Shown: positions 40,354 to 53,469 of the stretch, one piece after another | How positions within the stretch are numbered: position 1 is the first letter of the stretch | Layout: each line of letters opens with the position of its first letter | Source of the DNA: the human T2T-CHM13v2.0 reference genome, Homo sapiens | Reading direction: 5' to 3' (one strand) | Assembly (NCBI RefSeq): GCF_009914755.1 | Contig: NC_060940.1 | DNA length: 64,000 nucleotides | Made by a program: the position numbers and the translations under genes | Notes under the pieces: generated by a model | Told to the model about the DNA's origin: nothing | What the model saw: the letters and a program-made list of their open reading frames with translations, nothing else | Databases searched by the model: none

Positions 40354-40662
40354 GAAATTGGCTAATGTAATTGTGAGGGCTGTCTGCAAGTGTGAACATG
40401 GGCTGACATGACACAGACACAAGCTGGAGCTGTTGTTCATAGGAGAAATTTCTTCTTTCCTTTGGGAAAGGCTTACTGAGCTTTTAAGATCTTCTGACTG
40501 ATTAAGTCAGGCCCTGCCAGGATAATCTCCCCTACTTAACATGGACTGATTATAGACTTTAGTGACACCTGCAAAATCCCTGCACAGTAGCACCTAGAAT
40601 AGATTTAGATTGGGTAACTGGGACTGTAACCTCACCAACAGACACATCAGAAAGTCATCACA
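39775..40662 (-). mobile_element. MLT2 (ERVL) LTR nested in L1
   Basis: tgt...aca termini, 'gaaattggctaatgtaattgtg', 'gataatctcccctactta'; contains (TCTA)n and (GT)n. Confidence 0.75.
39891..40312 (+). mobile_element. Tigger2a (MER28-like) DNA transposon nested in the MLT2 LTR
   Basis: TIRs 'agttgatccttgaacaacatgggtttgaactgc' and 'attattctagggtcaacc'. Confidence 0.88.
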
Positions 40663-42444
40663 GCCCTCTCTCAACAACTGATAGAATAAGCAGACAGAAA
40701 GTCAGTAACATATGGAAGACTTGAAGAACGTTACCAATCAGCTTTCCTTAATTGGCACTTACAGAAAATTCCCTCTAACCACAAAATAAACATGGAACAT
40801 TCATCAAAGTGGACTATATTCTGGGCCATGAAATAGATACCACTAAATTTAAGAAGATTAAAATCATACAATATATGTTTTCTGACCACAAGAGGATTAA
40901 TTTAACTAGATATCAGTAACAGAAAGATGTCTGGAGACTACCTAAATATTTGAAATTAAAGAACACACTTCTAAATAACTCATGTTTCAAAGAAGAAATC
41001 ACTAAGAAAATTAGAAAATATTTGGAACTGCATGAAAACGGAAATGCAATCCATCACACTGTATAGAGTTCAGTTAAAGCCGCACTTCAGAGGGAAATGT
41101 ATAGCATTCAATGCTTATGTTAGAAGAGAAAAAAGGTCCCAAATCAGTTATCACCTTGAGAAACTAGAGAAAGAAGAGCAAATTAAACTCAACCACCCAG
41201 AAAGGAGAAGAGAAAAAAAGGAAGAATCAGTAAAACAGAAACAGAGGAAATCCGTTTCACTGGTCCTTTTAATTCTGGAGTTGGAGGACACTGCCCTGAT
41301 CTCTAGGATGATCTAGGAATTATCCTACCTTAATCTGTATGATTATCCTTCCTAAGTCATAGACGACAAATAGGCTCAGAAACACCAGGTGGCTAGTGTG
41401 TGGTGAAGCTGACTCAAACCAGGCCCTCTTGCTTGTAGAAGTTCCCACCTGCCTCCTGCCACCCCAGGGCTACTCCACTCCCAGAGGGCTGGGGGGTCTC
41501 AGCCTGATGGCCTGAGGACGTCTGGCACCCTGCACCCACCGAAGCTCATAAAATGCTTCCATTAGATGGGGATCCTGAGTTATTAGTACCAGACTGCACG
41601 GAGCTCACAAGTTCCAGCCTTCTGTCCATCATCACGCAGGGCCTCCTGCTCTCCACCCTGGGATGCTTTTGTCTTGGGAGATGCCAGAGTGAGCTGACAT
41701 CACTGGCGCTGCTCCTTGAGGCCATCCACCCAGAGATGTGCAGTGCAGAGAACATGATGGATTGGACCTGGGCCTGGGGGAGCTGGCTGGGACACCCGTG
41801 TGCTTTCCATCAACATTTCAGAGGCGTCAAAGAAGGAGATTTGTTCTGCAGTGCCAAGGAGCTTGGCCAGGCCATGCCTCCAGCCCCTGCCAGGAGCTTC
41901 TCCACTAGGGCGTTGGATAGCAGAGAGGCAATGGCGGCCTCCACACACCACCCTCTCTCCCATGAAATTAAAGAGCTGCTACAAGAAGTCTCAATCTTGA
42001 AACTCAAAGAAATATGAAAAAAAAATGAAGGTGGGGAAGTTGTTATCATGATGACCATGTGTTTGTCCTTGGCAGGTTGCTAAGCTGCCTGCGGTGGGTC
42101 GGCCCGTGGCCTGCCGGCCCACATACAGCCCCAGCCTCTGCCACAACCCCCAACGCCCAGCGCAGCTTCTGGCTCACTCATCTGCTTTGCAGTAAGTTTG
42201 GGTCAAAAGAGGCCTTGAGAGGAGAGACAACCCAACCAGAACAGATGCAGCACGGAACACGTACGGGGTCGTAAATGCAGAAACGACAGATTCTTCCATC
42301 CCACCTTGAAAGTTTTGGCAAGGCGGGGCGTAGCTCGTGTGTCTGTGGCCCGTCGCAGGGAAGCCTCATCCGGGAATGGGATGGGCTTTTCCCAGGTCAT
42401 AGAAACCTCGAGGCAAAGGAGAAGGCACCCGTGCACGTCTCTGG

Positions 42445-42488
42445 TGACTGACAGGTGATAATGTTTGACTGACAGGTGATAATGTTTG
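42445..42488. repeat. Perfect 21-bp tandem duplication (tgactgacaggtgataatgtt)
   Basis: Units at 42445 and 42466. Confidence 0.95.
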
Positions 42489-43046
42489 TTTGACTGGAGC
42501 AGAAACATTTCTGGACTAATTCACCCCTTCGCTCATCTGGATAGAAAAAGAGGGGCATGCCGGGCAGGGAGAGAGTGAGAACATAGAAGCAGATCAAGGG
42601 GACCCGAGCTGAACTCATGTGCCAAACTATACACACCGTGGGCCTGACTTTCACTACACAAATGCAAGGTTGAATTAGGCACAGCAAATTCAAATGCTAT
42701 TTATTGAAGGCTGGAGGTGTCCAGGCTCTTGCAGCTTGTGGAATGGTCCCCTCTTCCCCACCCTGCTCCCCACTCTCCCAGTCCTCACCCCCCACTGGCA
42801 AATGAACTTGCGTTTCCTTCCATGCAAGTCCATTGAAATCAGGATATTAGTTATATTTGAAGCGACATATTCTAAAGTTACTCGGAAAGAAAAAGGTATC
42901 AGTTTTCCATCAAGGCACTTCCCATCTCACACGTGGTCCTGGCGATGTGCCCCTGACACCGAAACCAGCAGACCCTGCCTGTGGCTCCCCGGCCAAGATC
43001 AGGCACAGCCAAGGCTTGGCTTGGCTTTTCTGTTGCATCAGAGTGA

Positions 43047-43409
<363 letters not shown>

Positions 43410-44480
43410 TGAGGCGGTGTTGACTCTTGCAATCCATAGCTTTGAGAGCTCCCCATCCGAATCTCAGGCACATTTGACTTTTTCACTCTCGTAGGAGTGA
43501 TCTCCTTAGTCCATCGATCAAACTGCTGAGAGCAGGCCATGGCCTGCCTGCTGTCATGGCCCGTGAAGCAGAATTGGAGATGAGAGGGGAGGACCTGGGC
43601 TGGAGAGTGGGCAGGAGGAGATCCTGCAAACAGGGAACTGAGAGAGGGGAGGGAGGAGGAGGGTTTGAGAGTGGGGAGGGGAGCTGGGGGTGCTCCCTGA
43701 AGACCAGGAGGAGAGGAAGGAGGGGAGCTGCAGGCTATGAACGGGGCTGCAGGTTATGAATGGGGCACTCCGGCGTTCTGAGAACTGAGCACTCCGACAT
43801 TCTGAGAACTGGGCACAGGGGCACCAGGCCCTAAGTGAGTTCTGCTCCGGGGTGGCCGGGCCCGAGAGCACTGACGTCCAACGGGAGTGTCGCTGCCCAC
43901 CGCCTCCCACAAGAGGACACTTCGATTTGCCAGAGAAGGGCAGAGTGGGAGATGACTTTTTCTCAGCATCTTGCCTCATTTTCCTCTTCCCAGAGGTTTG
44001 TTTTTAAGGAAGTTTAAGCTTGCTGCACTGGAAAAGCAAAAAACAATATTTTGTAAAATAAATATTTGTTTTGTGCAGACTTAGGCCTTTCCACATATTG
44101 GTTTTTCTTGAAGAGGAGACACAACCACAGCAGGGGTGAGGAGAAGAGAGATGCAGTCACTCACTCATTCAGGAATAATCTTTGAGTTGAAACTGCAGTC
44201 TGCTCTTGGCCAAAGGTAGGGTGCTGACCACCTTCACCTGGAGGCCGCCTTCACCTGGAGGCCGCCCACCACCTTCACCTGGAGGCTGCCCTTGCTCTTT
44301 CAGGATCCTCTTTCATGGGTTTCTGCAGAGCCACGGGGTCAGAGCACATATGTGGGCCATGAGGACTTTTCCTTTGCACCCCAACACATCTCTACCCGTC
44401 CTCCCTGCACCCCCAACCCGAAGACGGGCATGTGATCCTGTGGGTGGGTGCGTGGTCCGTGTGTGTAATTTTGTCCGGAG

Positions 44481-45076
44481 CAGTAATTCTCGGAGTGGGC
44501 CCCAGACCCGCAGTGTAAGCATTGCCTGGTGCTGTGGTTTGGACGTGTGTCCCCTCCACATCTCATGTTGAAATGTATCCCCAGTGTTGGAGTGAGGCCT
44601 ACGGACAGGGGTTTGGGTCAAGGGTCAGATCCCTCAGGAATGGCTTCCTGCCGACCCCACCTGCCAGTCATGAGCGGGCCCTTGCTCAATTAGTTCCTGC
44701 GTGAGCCAGGTGTTAAAAGAGCGTGGCCCCTCCCTCCCTTTGGCTTCCTCTCCCACTGTGCCCTCTGCACACATGGCTCCCCTTCACCCTCCACCCTAAG
44801 TGGGAGCAGGCTGAGGCCCCACCAGAAGCAGATTCTGTTGCCAGGCTTCTTGTACAGCCTGCAGAACTGTGAGCCAAAGAGACCACTTTTCTTTAGAAGT
44901 TGCCCGGCCCCAGGTGTCCCTTGATAGCCACACAAATGTTCACCTGTGAACTTGCTATAAATTCAGATTCTCAGGCCCCACCCAGACCTGCTGAGTCAGA
45001 AACTCCAGCAGGGGCCTGGAAGTCTGCCTTTTACCAGGAACCTGTGTGATTCCCATACAGAGTTTGAGAACCTCTG
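44481..45076 (+). mobile_element. MER5A (hAT-Charlie) split by an MST LTR
   Basis: Collinear halves 44481-44529 and 44943-45076; ends 'agtttgagaacctctg'. Confidence 0.8.
44530..44942 (+). mobile_element. MSTB-like MaLR solo LTR
   Basis: 'tgctgtggtttggacgtgtgtcccctcc...tgtacagcctgcagaactgtgagcc'; TSD cctgg/cctgt. Confidence 0.88.
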
Positions 45077-45444
45077 GTCTCTGGAACTGCATGCTTTAAA
45101 TGGGTGCATTTTACGTATGTGGATTATATCTTTAAAAAGATATCCAAAGACAAACAAAAAGATAATTGACTACCTGAAGCAAAGACGGGAAAAGTGTATT
45201 GTGGGGTTTGTAACATGCAGAAGCAAATCTGTGGTAACAACAGTACCAAGGATGGGAGGCAGGAAGTACAGGCGCTGCTGTCAGGTTACTACATGTATGT
45301 GAAGTGGTAGAATATTGTGTAATGGCAGACTGAGAAGCTACAGCTGTAACTTTATCATAAGCCCTATTGCAACCATGAATAGCTACACTAAGAGGTATAA
45401 CAAGGCAATAGTGAAGATAAAATGAAATAATAAAAAAATACTCA

Positions 45445-45518
45445 GCAGCCCTGCCTATGGAGTAGCCATTCTTTTACTCCTTTACTTTCTTAATAAATTG
45501 GCTTTCACTTTAAAAAAA
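45445..45518 (+). mobile_element. MER41-like (ERV1 LTR) 3' fragment ending in poly(A)
   Basis: 'cagccctgcctatggagtagccattcttttactcctttactttcttaataaattggctttcacttt' followed by A7. Confidence 0.8.
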
Positions 45519-45871
45519 GTTCTTGATCCAATAGAAGGAAGAAAAAAGGAAAAATTATTTAAAAAGAACAGATGAGACAATACAAAATAAGTGTCAAGGT
45601 GGTAGATTTAAATTCAACTTCCCAATAAAAATATCCAGATTTTTAGGTTGGGTAGATATAAAAACAAGATCCAACTCTATGCTGTCTACAAAAGAAAAAA
45701 AATAACATAAAAACATAAGTGGATTGAAGGTAAGGGACAGAAATAGTTATATTCTGAACTATTAAAAGAAAGCTGGGGCAGAGATGTTAGTATCAGATAA
45801 AATAGACGTCCGAACAAGGAATATTACCAGAGATGAATAGATACATTATATGATCCTGAAAGTGCCATTCT

Positions 45872-46180
45872 GGCCAGGCACGGTGGCTCACACCTGTAAT
45901 CCCAGCACTTTGGGAGGCCGAGGTGGGCGGATCACCTGAGGTCAGGAGTTCGAGACCACCCTGGCCAACATGGTGAAACCCTATCTCTACTAAAAATATA
46001 AAAAAATTAGCCGGGCGTGGTAGTGGGTGTCTGTAATCCCAGCTACTCAGAAGGCTGAAGCAGGAGAATTGCTTGAACCCAGGAGATGGAAGTTGCAGTG
46101 AGCCAACATGGTCCCACTGCACTCCAGCCTGGGTGACAGAGTGAGACTCTGTCTCAAAAAATAAACAAACAAACAAACAA
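45872..46180 (+). mobile_element. AluS-family SINE
   Basis: 13-bp TSD aaagtgccattct. Confidence 0.96.
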
Positions 46181-46440
46181 AGTGCCATTCTGTAGGAAAA
46201 TATAGCAGTTGTAAATATGCTTGCACCTAACAGCAGAATTTCAAAACACATGGATCACAAAGTAAAGAAGAAATAGAAAAATCCCTGAGTATCGTTGGAA
46301 ACTTCAATACTCCTCCAATACTCCTCTCTGTAAGCTATAGAACAAGTAGACAGGAAACCAGTAAGGATATAGAACCCTGAATCACAATATCATCCAAATT
46401 GATTGATTTGACATTTATTAAGCAATACTTTCAATATTAG

Positions 46441-46745
<305 letters not shown>

Positions 46746-49700
46746 AGAATACACACTTTTGTACAAATGCACATGGAGCATTCACCAAGATAGACCATAT
46801 TCCAGGCCATAAAACAGATCTCAACAAATTTTAAAAAGTGAAGTTATGTGAAATATGTGGCCACAACAGAATTAAGCCAGAAATTAATAGTATGTCTCTT
46901 CAAATATTTGGAAGTTAAAGAACATATTTTAAAATGACTCATAGATCAAAAAATCCAAAGAGAAATTAGAAAAAAAAATTAATTGAGCAAAAAAGAAAAT
47001 ACATATGACAATTTGTAGGTGCTGGCAAGGCAGTGCTTGGAAGAACATTTATAGCATTAAATGTATATATGTGAAAAGAAGAAAGTTCTCCAATCAGTAA
47101 TCTAAGCTTCTACCCTTAAAAGCCTAGAAAAGGAAGAGCACAATAAATTCGAAGTAAGGAAAAGAAAGAATATGATAATGATCAAAGCAGAAAGACTGGA
47201 AACAAAGTCAGAATGTCACTCTCATCACTCTTATTAACACTGTGCTAGAGGTTCTAGCCACTGAAATAAAGCCAGGAAAAGAAGTGAAAGGCATGCAGAT
47301 TGGAAATAAGACATAAAATTGCCTTTATATGCACTCAACATGATCATCTATGTAGAAAATCCTAAACAATCTACCAGCAAATGTGTAAGAGCTTATACAT
47401 TTAGCAAAGTTGCTGGACATAAGGTTAATGTATGAAAACCAATTGTATTTCCGTATACTAGCAGTGGACAATAGGAAATTGAATTTAAAAACAATATTCA
47501 CCATAACATCACAAACATGAAATACTTAATGATAAATCTTACAAAATATGTGCAAAATTTGTTTACTTAAAACTATAAGATGTTGATGAGAAAAAATACA
47601 AGAAGACCTAAATAAATGGAGAGATGTACCATGTTCATGGATTTGAGGACTCAGTATTGTTAAGATGTAAATCCCTGCAAACTGAGCTATAGATCCAATG
47701 GAATCACAATCAAAGTCTCATCAGCCTTTTTTTTTTTTCTTTTAGAAACTGCAAGCTAATTCTAAACTTATATGAAAATGAAAAGGCACTTAAATAACTC
47801 ACACAACTTTGAAAGAGAAAATCTTCCAAATCTTCTTTGGAAGATTCACACTTGATTTTTGCAAGAGGTACAATAATGCCACTGTAATCAAAACAGTGTG
47901 ATATTGTCATAAGGACAAACAAGTCGGTCAACAGAACAAAATAGAGTCTTGGAAATAAACGCATGTATATATGGTCAATAGATCTTTTTCAACAAAGTGC
48001 CCACATAACTTGTTGGGATAAAGATACTCTTTCCAACAAATGGTTCTGGAATAGCTGGACATAAGTCTCCAAAAACAGAGAGAAATTAATCTCAACTTAT
48101 ACCTTACATTAAATACAAAATCTAAATCACAATGGTTGTAGACCTAAAGGTAAAATTTAAAACCGTAAAACATCTAGAAGAAAACAAAAAACTGCTTTGT
48201 GAGAATTTGATAGTCAAAGATTCTTAGATAGGATACAAAAACATAACCCTAAAAGAAAAAACTGACAAGCTGAACTTTATCCAAATCAAAAGCCTCTGCT
48301 CTTTAAAGACATACTTAAGAAAACGAAGAGACAAACCACAGACTAGAAGAAAGTATTTACAAAACACATTTCTGATAGAGGACTTGTACCCACAATATTT
48401 AACTCTTAGAACTCAATACTAAGAAGACAAATATAATCCACTAAAAAGTAGGTAAAAGATTTGAAATAACACATGAAATAATACCTAAGATGTTTAATAA
48501 GATGTTTAACATCACTAGTCATGAGGGAAATTAACATTTAAAGCATTATGAATCACCACTGCCAGGTGCTGATGAAAATGCAGCGCGCCTGGAGTCGCGG
48601 GCGTTGCTGGCGGGGGTGGAAAACGGGGCTGCCATTTGGAAGACAGTTGAGCTTATGAGTTGAACGTACCCTTAACATAGGCTCCAGCAATCCCACTCTC
48701 AAAAGAAATGAAACTGCACGTCCCCACCAAACCTGCACGCAAACGTCTGAAGTGGCTTCACTCACAACAGCCCACATGCCCATCCACAGGTGAACCCGTG
48801 AGCAACTGTGGTACCTCCACCTGTCCCACAACCTACAACTCAGCAGTACCAAGGGCTGGACGCTGGTGCCACCACACGGGTCCCGCGAAGCCTGCTGCGA
48901 AGTGAAGGAAGCCAGACACAAAAGTCTCCATCCTGCGGGAGTCACTCACAGGACAATTCTGGAGGACGCAAAGCTGTAGGAGCGAGGAGAGACAGGTGGT
49001 GGTTGGGGGCCGGGAAGGGGCCTGACTGCAGAGGGGCAAAATGTGGGCTGCCTCTGTCGGGGCAGAAGTGCCCCACTCTAGACCCTTACCAAGTCGTCGG
49101 CTGTACATCGAAAACGGGTGAGCCTTATGTGTGTACGTGATACCGCAATAAACCTGACTTGTAAAAGCAGCATGTGAGGTCATTAGCCCAGGACCCGGCC
49201 ACAGGAGGGGGCGCACGGTGAAAAGGAGACCCTGCTGGGCCCACCTTGCCCGGTGGGTGGGACAGGGAAGAGTCCCTGGAGAAGGCGGCCCATGGGCTTG
49301 GGGGAGGGAGGTCCTCTAGGGAGTGGGGAGAGCCACTCCCGTCTTCCTGGGGCTCTTCCTTGCCACCCCAGCCCTTTCCCAGCTTTCTGTTCCTACCGGG
49401 AAGGAGGAACGCAGAGGTGCCGGAGTCTCCGGCACTTTGAGGCGGGCAGAAGTGGAAGCTTGAAGTGGGCATAGATTTGCCCCTCCCCTGCCCGGGCTGG
49501 GATCTGCACTGTGGCCCCCGTGTAAACAGACGAGACGACCCTCACATCCCAGGGAGAGCCTCACGTGGCTGGGACTGATTCTAGAGCCCCTAACTCAGCT
49601 CCGTGCTAGGGAAGACCGATCACCACAGGCTGAATTCCGGGGTCACGGCAGCGTGGCACCCAGCCTGGCAGTGTGGGGAGTGGGGCCACCAGAGCCTCCA

Positions 49701-50254
49701 GGGACAGGAGGGCACAGCAGTACAGCCCCTGCTAACCTTGGCAAGCAGGAGGGCGCCGTGATTAAACGTATGATTTCTGCCACCTCCAAAGCCGCAGCCA
49801 ATGAGAAGGCTATTTTAGCAAAACTGGAAAGAAAAATGCAATTTTTCTTGGCCACATCGTCTTCGTTTCCTCTGCTCCTGGCGTTCGGTTTGTTTGTCTC
49901 TTCTCACTACTGAGAGGCAGTTTTGCCAGCCTGTGCCTCCCGCCGGCTGTGGCTCGAGGTGTGGACGCCCGCGCCACCTTCCCGTTCCCGTTTCAGGGGG
50001 GAAGCTGCAGAGTTCTGGAGCTGTGAGTAGCACCGCTGTCACCGCAAAGCAGAACCCCCAGTGATTAGGGACGCTCCACGGACTTCACGGCTGCGCGGCC
50101 GGCATCACGGGCTGCTGTTGCTCCAGCGTGTTGGGACGTGCGAGAGGCATTTACGACCTCAGCGACACATTCCCTCAACCTCGTCACGCTGCAAGTGCTG
50201 CCAGGGTGTGTTCAGGGGACACTCCCTCTCGGGCTGGCTTGTGCGGGGACACGT

Positions 50255-51400
50255 GCGTGCACACAGACACGGACTCACATAAATGCAATCCACATGCACT
50301 CACAATAGGCTCTTATGCACAGACCCTCACACTCATGTGAACACACTCATGCACACGCAAGACTTACATATTCACACTCACACCCGTGGGCACACCCAGA
50401 CATGGATACACACTCATACAGGCACACACGTATCCAGACACCCACGCACAGACACACTCACACCCACGGGCACACCTAGACATGGATACACACACAGGTA
50501 GTCACAAGCACTCACATATCCAGACACCCATGCGCACACTCACACTCACAGGCACACCCAGACATGGATACACAGGCACACACATATTGGGACACCCACG
50601 CATAGACACATTCACACACGGGCACACCCAGACTGATGCACACGAACACAGACATGCACTAGTATAGCCAGACACCCAGGCACACTCAAACTCTCACAGT
50701 CACACATTCACATACACTCACATGAATACAGTGCATGCACACACAAACACATACCTATACACTTGTGTGTGCAGAGAACACACACTCACACATTTGCACT
50801 TATACTCACATGAATACAATAGAAACACATGCATACACACTTGTGTGCCCAGACCCACACACACATTTGCACACTCACATGACTATAATACATGCACACA
50901 TGCATACATACATGTGACCAGACCCACACCCACTCACATTCGCACTCACACACACGTGAATATAGTACTCGCACACACACGCATACACGTGCCCAGACCT
51001 ACAGACACACATTTGCACACTCACACACGTGAATATAGTATATGCACACACTCATGTGCCCAGACCCACAGACACATTCGCACACTCACACACGTGAATA
51101 TAGTACATGCATACACACGCATACACACTCGTGTGCCCAGACCCACAGACACACACATTCGCACACTCACACATGCGAATATAGTACTCGCACACACGCA
51201 TACACGTGCCCAGACCTACAGACACACTCGCATTTGCACACTCACACGTGAATGTAGTATATGCACACACACACTCATGTGCCCAGACCCACAGACACAC
51301 ACATTCACACCCTCACACATGTGAATATACTACATGCACACACACGCATACACACTCGTACCCAGACACACACACACTCTCACAGATTCGCACACTCAGA
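50255..51400. repeat. CA-rich degenerate minisatellite
   Basis: Recurrent 'gtgcccagacccacagacacac...cacgtgaatatagta' units. Confidence 0.93.
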
Positions 51401-53469
51401 GTGCCCCTCTCCCACTCACAGGCCTTGTCCTGGGGACGAGTCAAGCCGTCAGGTACCTACACTCTGAGCTCCCGGATCACTGGGCCGACACCGGAGGCTG
51501 CTGCTGTTCCTGGTCCGTCTTACTGTGGAGTGTATTAGACTGCGGGGGCGTCCACAAGGGGGGTGTGGGTGGGCCCGGAGACCTTTCTTCCGGGAGGCCA
51601 AGTTTCCAAACCCAGTCCTTCACGTTCAAGGATGCCCTCTCCCTGCAGGATCCTGGACTTGTCATGGGGTCTGGATTAGGTTATGCTAATGGCGTCCACA
51701 CTTGGCCTTTCCCCTCTTTCCTTATAAATCAGCCAACATTGGGAGGCCATGGGCTTCGCCAGAAGCCTCTGGAGACAGAGCTGCTCCTTTCCAGCAGGCC
51801 AGGCTGACCGGGGAGGCTGCAGCCCCATCGTGTGCTGGGGGAAGGTGAGCCAGGCTCCCATCACGTGCCGGGAGCTGATCTTGGCAGGTCGCGTCCTCCC
51901 GAAGCCTGCACTTCAGCCCCAGGGTTTTCCGACCGCCTCTGCTCCCAGAGGGGACCAGCAGGGGCGAAGAGGCCGAAGACAGCACCGAGACCTCAGTGTC
52001 GGGCGCGGGTGCTCCCAAAGCGCAGCGGGCCCACCTCCCCCGGCAGAGGATCGTGCGGCAGTCAAAGTCGCACACGGGGCTTCTGAGATGTGCGGCCCGG
52101 GCCTAAGAGCTGCATGTGTTGAAGCCGCTCCGGGTTGGAAAATGTATGTAAAGTAAAATAAACACGGCTCTCGCTGGGAGGGCTCCGGCATCCAGGGTTC
52201 TGGCGGAGCGGGGGGATGCGGTCAGCCAAAGCATTTGAGGAAGCGGCTGTGACTCACGGGGCCTGAGCTGCAGAGGAGCTGGCTGCCGAGATGCAGGACA
52301 CGCCGCAGACACTGGACCCGGGACGCTCAACACACCCTGCCCCCCACTGCAGAGACGGGCTCCAGGGAGGCACAATGGCAGGCTTTGTCTCGGGAGAAAG
52401 TTCTAGCAGCCCTGCAGGTGGGGCGGCTGGGAGGCCCTGGGGTATGAAGACGATGTAGCGGGGCCCTCTGGAAGGCAGGGCTGGTGGGCGTCTGGCCAGC
52501 AGGTCAGGACTAGCTGAGGTGTCTGTGGAGACCCCCAGGGTCCAGCTCACCTGGTGGGGGGAGCCCTGAGCGGGTGGCGCAGGTTGGGGACCCTGAAGCA
52601 GCTCTTCTTTGCCTGGGGTGGCCTAGGAAAGCCGCCTCCAAGCTAGGCCTCCCAGATCTGACCGGACCCCGCAGAACCTAGCACATGTGGGCCCAGCAGC
52701 TGCCCAGGTGTATGACTTCAGTTTCACGGTCAGCATGAGAACACACGTTCTATTAACAGCAAAATTCTCGTTGATAAAAATGCAGATGAAATTGCATGCA
52801 GGAAGGAAGACCTCCGGAATGGCTCCTAAATGCAACATCTCACAGGCCCTCTGTAATCAGAACAGTGTGAATTACGCCAATTACACTAGGACAGGGAGGC
52901 CCCTTGTGGGAACATGGCACCAGCCGGGACCCCAACAACTGCTCCCCACAGAGAGTATTTAGGTTCTTTTTTTCTTTCTTTTTTATTTTTTTGACTTGAA
53001 GAAATCTCTGTAAATTGAATCTCAGAAATGCTGGAAGAATCCCAAATGTGGTTTATAGAAACAGTTGGAAGTAGTCCAACTTAATTCCAGATTGCCTGCA
53101 TTTTTTTTTTTTTTTTTACATCTGTGAAATCAAAACCAGACAGAATGCTGTATTAAAATGCGGTGCCTAATGGTGATTTTTCCCATGGCCAATGTAACGA
53201 GTCTGAACTCTTAGTTTCCCTGTTTATCTTGGAGTGTCTGAAATCACATTGACTGCCCTCTCCTCCTCCTGCGCTGTTGTCTCTTTTTCCCCAGCAGGGT
53301 CTCAGGAAAGGGGCCTGGGAAGAAAAGCGGGTAGGCAGGGGCTTTCCTGGGATGCATCCCGGGCCCTGTCTTTCACACCAGCCTCCTGGCTCCCCTGCTC
53401 CCCAGTTCTCCTCCCATAACCCCATCTCCACTTTGGAGCTCAGGGCCTGGCCCTAAGCTGATTCACGCA

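Larger units (their letters stand above)
37215..41255 (+). mobile_element. L1M (L1MC/MD-type) 5' region, ORF1 and ORF2 endonuclease relic, interrupted at 39775-40662
   Basis: ORF1-like 'aatggccaaacgttttttgaattt...aaacccacagatctaagaagct'; EN start 'ataattacattaaatgtaaat'; resumes at 'ctctctcaacaactgataga'. Confidence 0.88.

Noticed and set aside
41553-42017. 154-aa ORF in unique sequence
   Set aside because: No recognisable homology or motif; cannot be supported without BLASTP, PhyloCSF or Ribo-seq
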